Source: Dudresnaya verticillata
Taxonomy: Eukaryota
Assembly (NCBI GenBank): GCA_977862235.1
Contig: OZ374557.1
Span: 1,240,001-1,304,000, forward strand
Direction of reading: 5' to 3'
Length of the DNA: 64,000 bases
This document shows, in pieces, positions 1 through 11,600 of this stretch (the first letter of the stretch is position 1; every line of letters starts with the position of its first letter). The translations under genes were made by a program, and so were the position numbers. The notes under the pieces are model-generated. The model was not told where the DNA came from, did not search any database, and was given only the letters and a program-made list of their open reading frames with translations.

Positions 1-18
1 TCTCTTGATCCACGATTG

Positions 19-1377
19 TCACCCCCTTCTCGATATCGAAGCCCTCAATGTCAACACATGGCTTAAAACGCTCGTCCACGACGCGATGTCTTCTGGTCCG
101 ACGAAGTGCGCGAAAACTATTGTACACAGTTGATGATTCGCATCGTACCCTACGACTTGAAAACTCGTTCCGTATGACGGGTAGCCGACGCTGTCGCAGT
201 GTGTTGCATCTTCAGTCGCGGTGAGCCGTCCATTCGCGCAGTAGCTCTTCGCTATCGAGGGCACGAATATCAGACCACCGTAGTATCGTGCGTCGTCTTC
301 AATGTCAGACACATCCACGTCTTCTGCATCGAAAACAGCATCCTTGGGAATGTCACCCCCTTCTTGCACTGCTCGAAGATAGGACGGGCAGACTTCCGCC
401 GTGTTTCCTTCATCTCCGTCCCTTCGCAAATTATCACTTCAACTTCATGCCCCGCTCTTTTCAGCAAATCGGCGTACTCTTCCAATGCAGCCATGTCAAC
501 CGCCCGAGAGACCGTAAAATGCCGAAGAAGCTCTCTTCGAACACTGCGGTAGTGACTGTACGGCGGTTAACGAAAATAGATGCGCTTGGCACGAACCACA
601 GACTCAATAATCTTGCATGTTGAATTCGGGTCATGGTCGTGCATGTCCTCTAGAAATGCCCTCCCCACTTGCTGAGGGGCGTATGCCGGGGCGCAGGACG
701 AAGAACGAGACGAGATCTTCATTGGACTCTCAGCGACGTGTTGCCCGAGACATTCATTGAGGTGCTCCTGGTACTTATTGAGCTTCCAAAGCCCCGTCTT
801 CGGCTGACAATCGAACAAGAATGTCGCCGGACACCCCTCGGTACGACAACTCATGCGTACTTTGGCGGCAGTCTGGTGAAGATTAACACCCCGCTGGACG
901 CCAAGGTTCGCTGTATGAGCTCGGATAAGCTGCTCACATCTCCACCGAGCGTTTAGCGCGATCCCAACCTTCACGTGCACATCCACAATTCCTCGTGGCT
1001 TCCAGGTCATTGCGGCCAACCGTTCCGCCCGCAGAGCTTCCCTGGCACGATGCATAGCCCGGCGCTTCGATTGCCGCTTCTGTATGGCACGGCGTTCCTT
1101 CTTATCCAGCCCTTCCGGAATTGGGTCTTCAGCAGCAGGCTCTTCTATGTCGTCTTCCTCGACCTCAATGGCAATGTATGACATCGGGTCGAACTCCTGG
1201 TCAGAGTTGTCGTCATCCTCGGAAAAGTCATTGATGTCGTCGGCACCTCCCTCGTCAGCACCAACTTCTTCGATTTCATCCTCACTGAGGGGCGCATTAC
1301 TGCCATGACCTCCTCCTTGGCTTCCCACGTTGTCGCACCCCCTACGCACACCATCACCAGATCCGGGGGGTCCGGTT
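19..1377 (-). pseudogene. Mutator-like (MULE) transposase, frameshifted; continues beyond the window start
   Basis: Overlapping minus ORFs 567..1445, 270..494 and 19..429. The motif DATH...FQVVGYDANHQLCTIVFAHFVGPEDIASW matches the MULE DDE core pattern (VG.D.N.Q...AFA.V..E...SW). An upstream C-x4-C...H-x3-C segment resembles the MuDR N-terminal zinc domain. Confidence 0.75.
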
Positions 1378-1442
1378 TTGTCGCCCTCCCCATGGGCAGT
1401 GCACTGCACTAGGCAGTGCACTGCCCATGGGGAGGGCGACAA
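1378..1442. repeat. Perfect 30-bp inverted repeat with a 5-nt spacer
   Basis: TTGTCGCCCTCCCCATGGGCAGTGCACTGC-actag-GCAGTGCACTGCCCATGGGGAGGGCGACAA. Confidence 0.95.
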
Positions 1443-1613
1443 CACCGCATGCGGTCTTCGTCCGGCTCGAGTTGTTCCCCGATGCCAGACTCGCGAATGC
1501 CCTCTCCGTTTGGCGGCCCGACCTGTTCGTCGAGGCCAGAGTCGGGCGACGCCAAGATTGAACTTCGAACACGTTGCACTTGTTCGAACCTCTCCCGTGC
1601 CTGCCTATCCCTC

Positions 1614-2432
1614 TCAGCCCTCTCCCTCTCCCAAGTCCCCCGGTCTAACCGCGCCTCTCTTTCCCTTTCCTGGGCAACCCTCTCTTTCCAATCGCGCAGC
1701 CCCTTCTCTTTCTAAGCGCGCCGCCTCCCGCTCAGCAGTCTCGCGTTCCACGCGCACAATCTCCCGTTCCAAACGTGCCGCCTCCCTCCGAGCCCTTTCC
1801 TCCTCAGCCTCCCTACGAGCCCTTTCCTCCTCAGCCTCCCTACGAGCCCTTTCCTCCTCGGCTCTCTGCTTCTCAGTCCTCTCCCCTTCCAACCGCTGTG
1901 CCCTCTCCCGTTCCAACTTCTCTTCTTGCTCCGGTTGTCGCTTCTCCTGCTCCTCCTCTTCCTGTCGTTGCTTGTCCTCCTCCTCCCGCCATCGCAGCTC
2001 TTTCTCTTCCTGTACCCGCTCTTGCCCCTCCCGCCGCCTCTCCTTCTCCTGCTCACACTTTTCCTGCTCCTCGCGCTCCATTCGATCGAGATCAAGCTCT
2101 CGTGGGGAGGAGGTCTTGCCAAAGACAATGAAACCCGGCAGTACAACCTCACCATCCTTCTCCTCAGTGACCTCCATGTACCGTATTTCGTTCTCTGCCT
2201 GTTTCATTGCACGAGTGAGAACCTTCATGCAACGGTCAGCAGAGCGTGGCTGAACGGCGTGCACCTTGTCTGGGTGAACGAGAACGGCCAGGCGACGGTA
2301 GGTCTTCTTCATTTCGCGCAGGGTGGCCTTGCGTGGTGACGGACAGAACACGTCGAGGAGGCTTGTGGCACCCTCTTCGACGGTTGCGAGATGTCGAATC
2401 GCCTGTAGTGTGGTTTGAGCCATGACCCGCAT
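1614..2432 (-). CDS. DnaJ (J-domain) protein with a long E/R-rich charged helical tail
   Basis: LREMKKTYRRLAVLVHPDK...ADRCMKVLTRA is J-domain helix II-HPD-helix III. The tail has three 27-nt AEEERARRE repeats. Confidence 0.7.
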   Translation of the reverse strand: MRVMAQTTLQAIRHLATVEEGATSLLDVFCPSPRKATLREMKKTYRRLAVLVHPDKVHAVQPRSADRCMKVLTRAMKQAENEIRYMEVTEEKDGEVVLPGFIVFGKTSSPRELDLDRMEREEQEKCEQEKERRREGQERVQEEKELRWREEEDKQRQEEEEQEKRQPEQEEKLERERAQRLEGERTEKQRAEEERARREAEEERARREAEEERARREAARLEREIVRVERETAEREAARLEREGAARLEREGCPGKGKRGAVRPGDLGEGEG

Positions 2433-2953
2433 TTCGAATGTTTGCGCGCGGCCGGCGGGAAGTTGCGCGCGGCCTGTGGCAGGAGGTGCGCGATGGAGAG
2501 GGTGACAGTGTCCACTCGAGGGTGAACCGGTTGACTCAGGCGGAGGACGACGGGATGCTGGTTAAGGGGGCGACGGAGCAGATTTTTTTGGGTGGAAGAT
2601 GTGCAAATACGAGCCGCAAGCAGTGGTTCGAGGAGTTGCCGCCCCTGCCTTCCGTTTCCCTGGGCTACTGCACAACATGCACTGATGCACCGGTGACGAG
2701 CTTCATTTTTGATGTTTTAGTGGGGTGAACTTAATCTTGTTTGGGGCGACATGTCAAATTCTTGAACCAGGTGGGGGGCGACATTTCAGATTTCACCCCC
2801 TCCATGACGCACATTCTGATAATGTCGCCCTCCGGTTCTGACAACTGTTGCAAATTCAGGTCCCGGCTGCAACAACAAATGGGGTTTCACCCCCGTTTTC
2901 CCTCAAAATCGGACCCTGTCGCCCCCCTAAACCCAAAATCTCCCTTACAAAAA

Positions 2954-3200
2954 ACAAGACCGTCCGGCAGGGCGCCGTACTAATTTGGGGAGCTCTTTTT
3001 GATTTTTTGGAGTGATTTTATTGGTAGATTAAGAGAAACTTCTAGAGACGTATCGAGTAGAGCAGTACATATAGAGGTGGAGTGGCCAAGGCCTGGGCCG
3101 CCCCGCCGCCCCTCGCCCCGCGCGCCCGCCGCCCCGCCCGCGCGCCCGCCGCCCCGCCTCCCGAACGCTGTGTGTGTATGTATGTGTGTGTGTGTGTGTG
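2954..3200 (+). repeat. Dispersed direct repeat, copy 1 (copy 2 at 3876-4126; partial copy 3 at ~4960-5027), ending in a (TG)n tract
   Basis: Copies 1 and 2 share ACAAGACCGT..GGCGCCGTAC and GATTTTATTGGTAGATTAAGAGAAACTTCTAGAGAC. All three share CAGTACATATAG..CAAGGCCTGGGCCG. Confidence 0.85.
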
Positions 3201-3875
3201 CGTCTGCGTGTGAGCGTGGTGTGTGTCACGCGGGGAGGTGGAAAGAGCGTATATTTGGGGGCCGCTGTGCTCACCTGCGTCGGTCGCCTGTGTGTTATGA
3301 TAATCACTTATGATAATAACTTCTCATGGCAAGCCAATTCAGCTTGTTATGATCATATCATATCATAACAAGTCAATTTGGCTTGTTATGATAAGTGATA
3401 AATGACAATTTGGCTTGCTATGATAAGTGAGATATGAATAAGCTTACGGTGAGAACTTATAAACAGCCATTCAATACCCATTCTAAACTTATGGAGAGCG
3501 AATATGGATATTCAACCATTATGTGGAAAAATGTTTTGGAGCAATGATCTATGTGGCGTACTACATGTCCAACACAGATAAATTGGGGAAGGTTCATGAT
3601 TTGTTTCGAAAAGTGCGTAGGGTTGCTCCGAGTAGCAATTCTTCAGCCAAAATGAGAAAAATACTCCTTGCGGTAGAATCATTTTGTCCATTCGAAGCAC
3701 CTGAGGCGTCATCAAATCTTTTAGGATATCCTCATCGGTTTATGTCGTGGAAAGTGCTGAGAAGTAGATACAAGGCCATATATTTCACTTGATATATTAC
3801 AACAAGAGTAATTGAACCTCGATGAGTACCAAGTATCATTTTCTGGCGTTCTACAACAGTTCACTCACGGCAATG

Positions 3876-4126
3876 ACAAGACCGTGCGGCGGGCGCCGTA
3901 CAAATTTGCAGAGCTCTTGATTGTTTTTTTGGAGAGATTTTATTGGTAGATTAAGAGAAACTTCTAGAGACATATGGAGTAGAGCAGTACATATAGCGTT
4001 GGAGAGGCAAGGCCTGGGCCGTCCCGCCTCCCCTCCCCCTCGCCCCGCGCGCGCGCCGCCCCGCTCGCGCGTCCCGCCCCCCGCCCCCCGTCTCCGGAGT
4101 GTGCCTGTTTGTGTGTGTGCAGTATA
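3876..4126 (+). repeat. Dispersed direct repeat, copy 2
   Basis: Aligns by eye to 2954-3200. Confidence 0.85.
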
Positions 4127-4959
4127 CGTGGTATAACGAAGTCCACGGTGACGCGGGGAAGTCTCGCACTGTAAGAAATGGCCTTGGAGCCTAACGAATG
4201 ACCTCGTAGCGTAACGTAGAAACGAAAAGGGGTGGTAGCGGAGCGACCAACACGAAGGAACACGGTGTCAACGTATTGGTGTGCAGAAGGGAGAACTCGA
4301 GCGATCGATCACCGGGGATGACTCCGGGTGCGCGGGGCTATCGAAAGGGAGGCTCGACCGTATCCGCGGTCACGAAGACGAAGACACCGAACTCGAAGAA
4401 ACAGGCGTTTACCGAAGACTCCGAGGTCCGGGCGCTAGTCGCTTACCGGAAACCCTCGGAGGTTGTGCCAGACGACTGGATAAGTAATACTACGTGAGCA
4501 CGAATGCACGTCAACGCGGAAGACGGTTCGCACTCGAATGATTCATAACGGCCTCGGTGCCAACGAACGGTCGACTCACGTATGGTGGCGGTTACGAACT
4601 GCGCCAGCGATGCATACGGAGGTGCGCGTGTCTCGTGGGCCCCGGTGCCGTTATGCGCGGGAACCAATGGGAAAGTCACGAAGGTGTCAGCGATTTCGTA
4701 CCGGGTGCGCACTGTAATGCGTATGCCATTGTGGCGCGCGCGATCACGAAGTCGGCTCGGGATTCGTCCGGAGGTGTCAGCGATTTCGTATCACCTGCGT
4801 GCTATAATGCGAATGCCATCGTGGCGCGCGCACAGTATGCGCACTGTAATACGTTTGCCATCGTGGCGTGCGCATTCACGGAGTCATTTCGAAATTCGTA
4901 TTTCTCGATTATTTTCACGTAGGCCACGGCGTCGTTTGACGGATAGCGTCTATACCACA
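4127..4959 (-). mobile_element. Solo LTR of family B
   Basis: Ends are (C)GTGGTATA...TATACCACA. The flanks GTATA/GTACA form a near-perfect 5-bp TSD. It is an inverted homologue of the PPT-preceded LTR at 47988-48810 and has internal 90-bp tandem units at 4682/4772. Confidence 0.85.
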
Positions 4960-5027
4960 GTACATATAGCGTTGGAGCGGCCAAGGCCTGGGCCGCCGCC
5001 GCCGCCCTCTCCCTCGCTCCGCGTGTC

Positions 5028-5927
5028 TGTGGTGCAAGGGGAGGTGAGCCCTTTTTCGCTGAAAGCGGGCAGACCAAATACGTCGACCGACGGAGAAACC
5101 GCCACCGGCGCTCACCACCGCCGTTGGCGCGCGAACACGTCACCGACGGCTCACTGGGGCGCGCGCGCACACTGCGCGCCGCGCGCCACGCGGGCACTGT
5201 ACGGTGATGGGCCGACGTGGCGCCCCGGGGCACTGTAATACGGATCCAGATGGATCCGGATCCGGTATCCAGATTGGCTATCAGGATCGCCTAAGCTGTA
5301 AGATACGCGCCTGTAAGGCTGCGGGTATTCGCATTGTTGGCCCGATCCGGATGGGATCGGGATCGGACAAGTATCGGATTAGATCCAAGGCGCACGCTCT
5401 ACAGTATGCGCGCGCGCATGGCTGTAAGGCACACGCGTCCACGTGTGCGTGTAAGCACCCACACAGGGGGTTGTACGGCAATCTGTCAGGCGCGCGGCTG
5501 CATGCGATGGGTGATCTGTCAGACGCACCTCGGGACGACACGTGTCCCGAGTTCCCGCGCTACGCACACGCACCGCCACCGCCGCACCGCCGCACTATAC
5601 TTAGGTAAGCCGTCCCAGACGTAGCAGTAAACGCCCGGGCAAGCCGGTCTTGGTCCAGACTTCCCCGTTCCGCACGCGCGTATCCTACCGCTGCCTACGG
5701 CTCAAGCGTCTACCTCCCGTGCTTCCACGTCTATCATCGTCCTTGACGTGTTCCCTTTCTGTTTCCTTTTCCCTTCCCTTCCGCCTTGGGCGTTTACAGT
5801 CCGCCCAAGGCGTGTCCTTGCTCTACCAACAAGTCGCCCACGGCGGGACTACTCACCGCCAAGGGCGCAGCTGCCCACCGAGCCCCGAACTGCTCGGTGG
5901 TCTATCGTCTCAGACGTTTGCACCACA
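5028..5927 (+). repeat. 5' LTR of A1
   Basis: Terminal inverted repeat TGTGGTGCA...TGCACCACA, followed by the PBS. Homologous to 45843-46755. Confidence 0.9.
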
Positions 5928-5929
5928 TC

Positions 5930-5943
5930 TGGTCTCCCGACCT
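5930..5943 (+). promoter_or_regulatory. Primer-binding site TGGTCTCCCGACCT (probably tRNA-Tyr)
   Basis: Starts with TGG just after the LTR and is identical in A2 and E. Its complement ...GGGAGACCA gives G72/A73, as in eukaryotic tRNA-Tyr. Confidence 0.75.
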
Positions 5944-6054
5944 AGAATTTTGCTACGTTTCAACGAGTTGCTCCGTCGTGCGACGTCCGACTCTACGTCT
6001 TCAGACGTTTGTCGCTAATCGTCCACGACGTTCAAGCAACTCTACGATTGTATC

Positions 6055-8619
6055 ATGGCCTCACGACCGCCGCCGTCGCGAGGCCCAAGTTCAAGAAGAC
6101 CGTCTTCGACGCCTGGGAGTGTACCCGCGTCTGAACGGTCGCTACAGCGGATGACAACGAGGTCTGGGCGCCTCGTGAGCCCCGAGATCGCGTCGGCGTT
6201 CCCGACGCTACCCCGGGGCATGGCCACGCAGGCTCCCATGCGTCGCTCAATGGAGGAGAATTACCTCCCCCGCCGACGCGCAACCCCGTCGTCGTCCGCA
6301 CCTCCGTCCCCGAGGGATCGGTCCTCCGCACCTACCGCTCCTACGTTGACTCGGCTGATACAGTACAAGCCGAGCAACAGGACGTCGTAGACGGAACACA
6401 AGCCGACATCGTCGAGAGACAACCGGAACTTCCGGATCAACCAACCACCCCCGTCAACGACGATCAAGGGCACTCCGCGGAGCGCAATGTCGCTGACGAA
6501 CCATTGACACACGGGGCATGTTGTCCCACTCCCCACGGCAGTGCCGGCTGTTCGCCGGCTAAGCCGAAGTCGCCAAGTCAAAGGGCGCAAGGGACGCCCG
6601 ACCGGTCAAACCGCGAAAGCCAACCGCCAACGGCGTCACCCTCGGCCGTCCGCGTGAGTAACTTAACGATACCACGCGAACGGATCCGAGAGGTGTGCGT
6701 CTTGGAGGACGACGCGATGCTCGCTAGATTCGCCGGGTTGCTGGACGACAGTGTCGGAGGAATCACAAGTCGTCTACAGACGTTGGAAGAGGATCGGAAC
6801 GGTGCCCTACAAGGGCTTTGATCCGACCTCGACCGTCTATTGACGAACCAAAACGCCCAAGGCGAGGGTACACAACCACCGCCGGCAGTAACGGTTCATT
6901 CGCGTTCGCATTCTGAGCGTAGCTCACGCGAACGCTTTCAGCGACTTGCGACTCGCTTAGAGCGTCTCGAAACCGCCAAGTGGCGCAACGGTCCACCGTC
7001 GGGTGACGAGAGCTCATGCGAAGATCGTCACAGACGTAAGAATCGGAAGAGATGCCGTCGTAAGCTGCGTCAGAGACGGAAGAAGAACCGTCATCGACGT
7101 GGGGACTCATCCTCGTCCTCTTCGGACTCATCAAGTGACGGAGAGTCGTCAGACTCTTCGTCTGAAGACGACGACTTCCCAACTCTCGGCAGTGCCGCAA
7201 GACCTCGCGGAAAGCGGTTCAAGGGGTTGAAGGAGCTACGCCCCTCCAACCCCCTTTTCAATCAGTTATTATCGTACAGGACGTACCGTCTCAAAGACGT
7301 AGGGCAAAAACGCTCCGGGCGCGATAGGGTAAGGTCAAGGACCATATTAAGCGCTTGTAACTGACAATGAAGGACGCCACCTTCAACGGCAGCGACCCCG
7401 TCATGGTCCTCGAGTTCCTGACGCGTTATGCGGATGAAGCCGATACGCTGGAGATGAGCGAAGCCCAAGCGTTCGTCGCACTGCCGTACTTCTTGCGAGG
7501 TACGGCAGCCACGCGATTTCGCTCCGTCAAGTCGACGTCTTCTCGCCATCGCGGCGGAGTGTCCTCGTATCCGGAGGCGGTACAGTACCTCCTCCGTACT
7601 TATGCTACGCCAGCGGCGATCAGGGACGCTGTCCTCGCCCTACGGTCGACTGCCCAGAAGCAAGGCGAGGACGAGACGATCTATGGGATGCGGCTGGCCG
7701 GTGCGTGTATTCGTTGCGGTAACGTATATCCCGACTGGGAAAAGATGACGCTGTACATCGACCGGTTAGACCCGTCGATCAGGTCCCTGGTCGCTCGCTT
7801 CCGAGAAGAAACGCCAAGGGCGCAGTTGTCATTTGAGCGGCTGGTCCACTTCGCACAGGGCGAAGGGGATGCTAACCGCGCACGACACGGCAGGGCCGGT
7901 TCCGCGTCAACGCGACGTGACCTACTGACCCCAGCTCAAGCCGTACGCACATCGCGATCCGCCATCGGCGATGCCCGAGGTGTACTGCGTCCACAGACGA
8001 GAGGCGCAAAGCCTGGAGCGCGCGCATTGATAGTGGAGTCCTCCGTCGAGTTCCGAGACGTTAGCTGCCCTTTCGATTACATGGAAACACACGCCGAAGG
8101 CGATCTGTACTTGGAAGACGAGCAAGCGTCGGTGCCAACCTCGGCTCTACCGACGGACAGCTACGTCGACGACGAAGAAGCAAGGGATATGGACCCCGGT
8201 CTCGCCTTTGGGCGCTCGGTAGTACCCGCGCCACGCGTCCCTATTCCGAGTATGCTCCTCACGTTCACCGAGCAAGGCCCGGATGGCAGGACAGAGGTCC
8301 GCCCCGTCAAGACGCACGTCGGCAGCTGGTATGCCACCAATGCTACGCCCGCGGACACATCGTGCCGGACTGCTTCCTCCGCATGAGCGACTTCATGAAG
8401 GTTATTACCAACTATGAAGGACTAACCGAGGCCGAGAAGGCTGGTTTCCCCGCTGATGCGTATGTACGTTGCAAGTAACGCGCGATCCGCGACGCTGCTC
8501 GCCGTGCTGCACGACCACAATCGCCACGAGGCGGACCCATGCCGCACGCGGCAGAACGTCATCCGACGATGATCAATCGCTATGTAGCGCCACAACCACC
8601 GCCGCAGGCGAAAAACTAA
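6055..8619 (+). pseudogene. gag: gag of A1, broken by stops and frameshifts
   Basis: Fragments 6055..6390, 6504..6821, 6840..7364 and 7367..8386. Capsid-like FNGSDPVMVLEFL. CCHC knuckle CHQCYARGHIVPDC near 8331-8372. Ends GAAAAAC-TAA. Confidence 0.85.
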
Positions 8620-11600
8620 CTCGGGCACCAAATCCTGACACTGGGGTGTCGCACCGCGAAGATAGGCCTAGGCCTCGGGTGCTGAAAAGGAAGGAGGGCC
8701 CGAAGTTAGTTTCTGATGACGCCAACAGGCGGATAGAGTCGTCACAGACGTCATTAAAGCGCCCCTGGCGAAGGTACCAGCCCCCCAGGCGCGAAGGCAG
8801 TTGTTCTTAATGGCCAAGAGGAACTATAAGGTGTACGCCGATTTGGGCGCAACCGTTAATACCTTGGCACGTAAACGCACTGTCCTCGACACGGGGGCCG
8901 GTCCGAATTTCATTCGCATTGACGACATTCCGCTGGAAGCGCGATCGCGCATCGTGGCAAAAAGCCTCCCCGTCATAGCCGACGCCAAGAATAAGGCGAT
9001 CCAGACAAGAGTCACCGTCGACCTGGTCGTTCGTCTAGGACGGAGAGTCGTCAAGTTTGAACTGATCGTTTGCGAACGACTCGCTGCGCCGGTACTCGGC
9101 TGCTGCGACTTTTGCGACCGCTTCGTCGAAGCAATATACCCGCTAAGTCGCGAGGTTGAATTCGATGACGGGACTCGTGTCCCTATAACGTGCCGTCCGC
9201 TGCGCCGACCTCCGTCGTATCATCCGTTGCCAACGGAACAGGAATACGGCAAGGCCGAAGGGAGGACGTCGCCCAAGATCCGAGTCGCCGAGCGCCCGAT
9301 TATCCCGCCTAAGGCGCAGCAATGGGTATCGGTGACCACCGAGCGCGCCGGAATCATCACAATTCAACCGTTCGGAACGCTGTACGACAAACAAGGTCTG
9401 GCTGTTACGAACGGGATTGCTCAAGTGGAGCCGCTAAAAGTGTTTCGCATTCTGGTTGCCAACTTCTCTCCCCGCCCGCAGGCGCTGGCTAAGGGCCAAG
9501 TCGTCGCGACGGCGTTACCACATCCGACAGCAGTGTTCCCCAGTCACGTAAGTCTAGCCGATGTTTTGGGCCTCACAGAGGAACAGGCCGAGGAAGAGAA
9601 GGCGAACCAAGATTTCCGTTTTCCAACGAACGATGATACTACGGCACAGCCGGATACTTTCACGAAGTCTATCGAGGCAACCACTGCCAAGCCTCCGTCA
9701 GTAGACGATGTAGACCTGGGACATCTCCCCGCCGAGCATTAAGGCCGGGTTAAGGAGATGTTACGCAACTATTCGTCTATGTGGGACGGTTCGTTGGGAG
9801 AAATCTCAACCACGGAGCACTACATCGACTTGCTTCCCGGCTCTAGACCGATATCTTCCCCGCCCTACCGAGCGGGGCCGAAGCAAAGACAACTCGCTCA
9901 AGCGGAAGTGGACCGCATGCTGCGTCAAGGGGTTATCGAACCCGCACAATCGCTGTGGGCGTCACCAGTGGTCTTCGCCCCCAAGAAGGACGGTACCCTC
10001 CGCTTTTGCGTAGACTACCTATGTGGGCGTCACCAGTGGTCTTCGCCCCCAAGAAGGACGGTACCCTCCGCTTTTGCGTAGACTACCGTCGTTTAAACGC
10101 AGTAACCGTACGAGACACGTACCCGCTGCCGCGTATCGACGAATGCATCGACAGTCTAGGGGAAGCAGACGTGTTCACCACCATAGACTGTAACAGTGGG
10201 TACTGGCAAGTGCTGATCAATCCGCGAGACCGCGATAAGACTGCGTTCACGTGCCACGCCGGACTGTTCCGCTATAAGCGTATGCCATTCGGTCTCACGA
10301 ACGCACCCACTACGTTTCAACGAACGTTGGACATACTACTCGCTGGTTACAAGTTGCGTTCGTGCCTCGTCTACCTCGATGACGTAATAATCTTCTCCAG
10401 TGACATCGACAGTCACTTCCGTCATGTTGACGAGATCTTTTCGACATTGCACCGTGCCGGGGTGACTCTAAAGTTGACCAAGTGTGACTTCTTCACCTCG
10501 ACCGTCAACTACTTAGGACACGTCATACGTCCAGGACGGTTAGAAGTTGACCGAACTGTCACTGCTGCGCTACGCGAAGCCAAGCATCCACGGGATCAGA
10601 AGGAGCTACGGAGTTTTCTCGGTCTTTGTAACGTCTACAGACGGTTCGTCTCGCGATACGCGCATGTCGCTGCCCCCTCAACAAGTTGCTGAGGAAGGAA
10701 CAGGACTTTCGGTTACAATCGTTTGATGAGACAAAAACCAAAGCGTTCAGTACGCTCGTCGAGGCCGTGACTCATCCGCCTATACTGGCGCTACCACAGC
10801 AGGGTCTCCCCTATTCCGTCGATTATGACGCAAGCGAGTATCAAGTCGGCTGCGCTCTCTTTCAAACGCAGCCCGACGGGGAACGTAAGCCGCTCGGCTT
10901 CTGGTCCCGCTCGCTCACAGCTCCAGAGCGTAACTACTCGGTATCCGAAAAGGAGTGCCTCGCAGTAGTATGGTCCGTCATGAGGCTGCGACCTTACCTC
11001 CAGATAGAGTCGTTCAGAGTCCATACGGACCATTCGTCGCTGAGGTGGCTGATGGAAATCAGCGACCCCTCTGGACGGTTAATGCGGTGGCATCTTCGCC
11101 TTTCCGAGTTTGACTTTGTCGTGAAGTACAAAAAGGGGTGCCTGAATACTCAGGAAGATGCCCTTTCGCGCCTACAGATGAAGGGAGAAACCGTCGAGCC
11201 CATTGACGATGATATACCGCGCTATCACGGAAGCTACGTCGAAGACGGCCATCAAACGTCACAAGACGATCTGTCAGACGCCGAAGGCGAGGTCGACTTC
11301 GCCGAACGAGAGTTCGAAGAGTTCGACCAAGTGTTGATCAACAACACGCCACCGGCGGATGAGGTACTCCTTCGTCAAGTGACGCATGAAGAATTGGTAC
11401 ACGCCCAAGGCGATGACAAATACTGTAACGATGTCAGGAAACGTCTGGATGACGGGATCATCTTACCGTTCGCAACGGATGAACAGGGCCTGTTGGTCCG
11501 AACAGTGGAAGTCCGTCCGCAAGTGGTCGTACCCTCCGCGTTACGCGCTCGCTTACTCCACCTCCGGCACCACGCCAAGTTGGCAGGGCACCCAGCGGGG

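Noticed and set aside
1330..2339. Long plus-strand S/L/P-rich ORFs
   Set aside because: Shadow frames of the repetitive J-domain ORF
3523..3792. Short AT-rich ORF
   Set aside because: No recognisable motif; cannot be supported as a gene
4682..4870. CRISPR-like repeated units
   Set aside because: They are tandem repeats inside an LTR, with no unique spacers or cas genes, in a eukaryotic context
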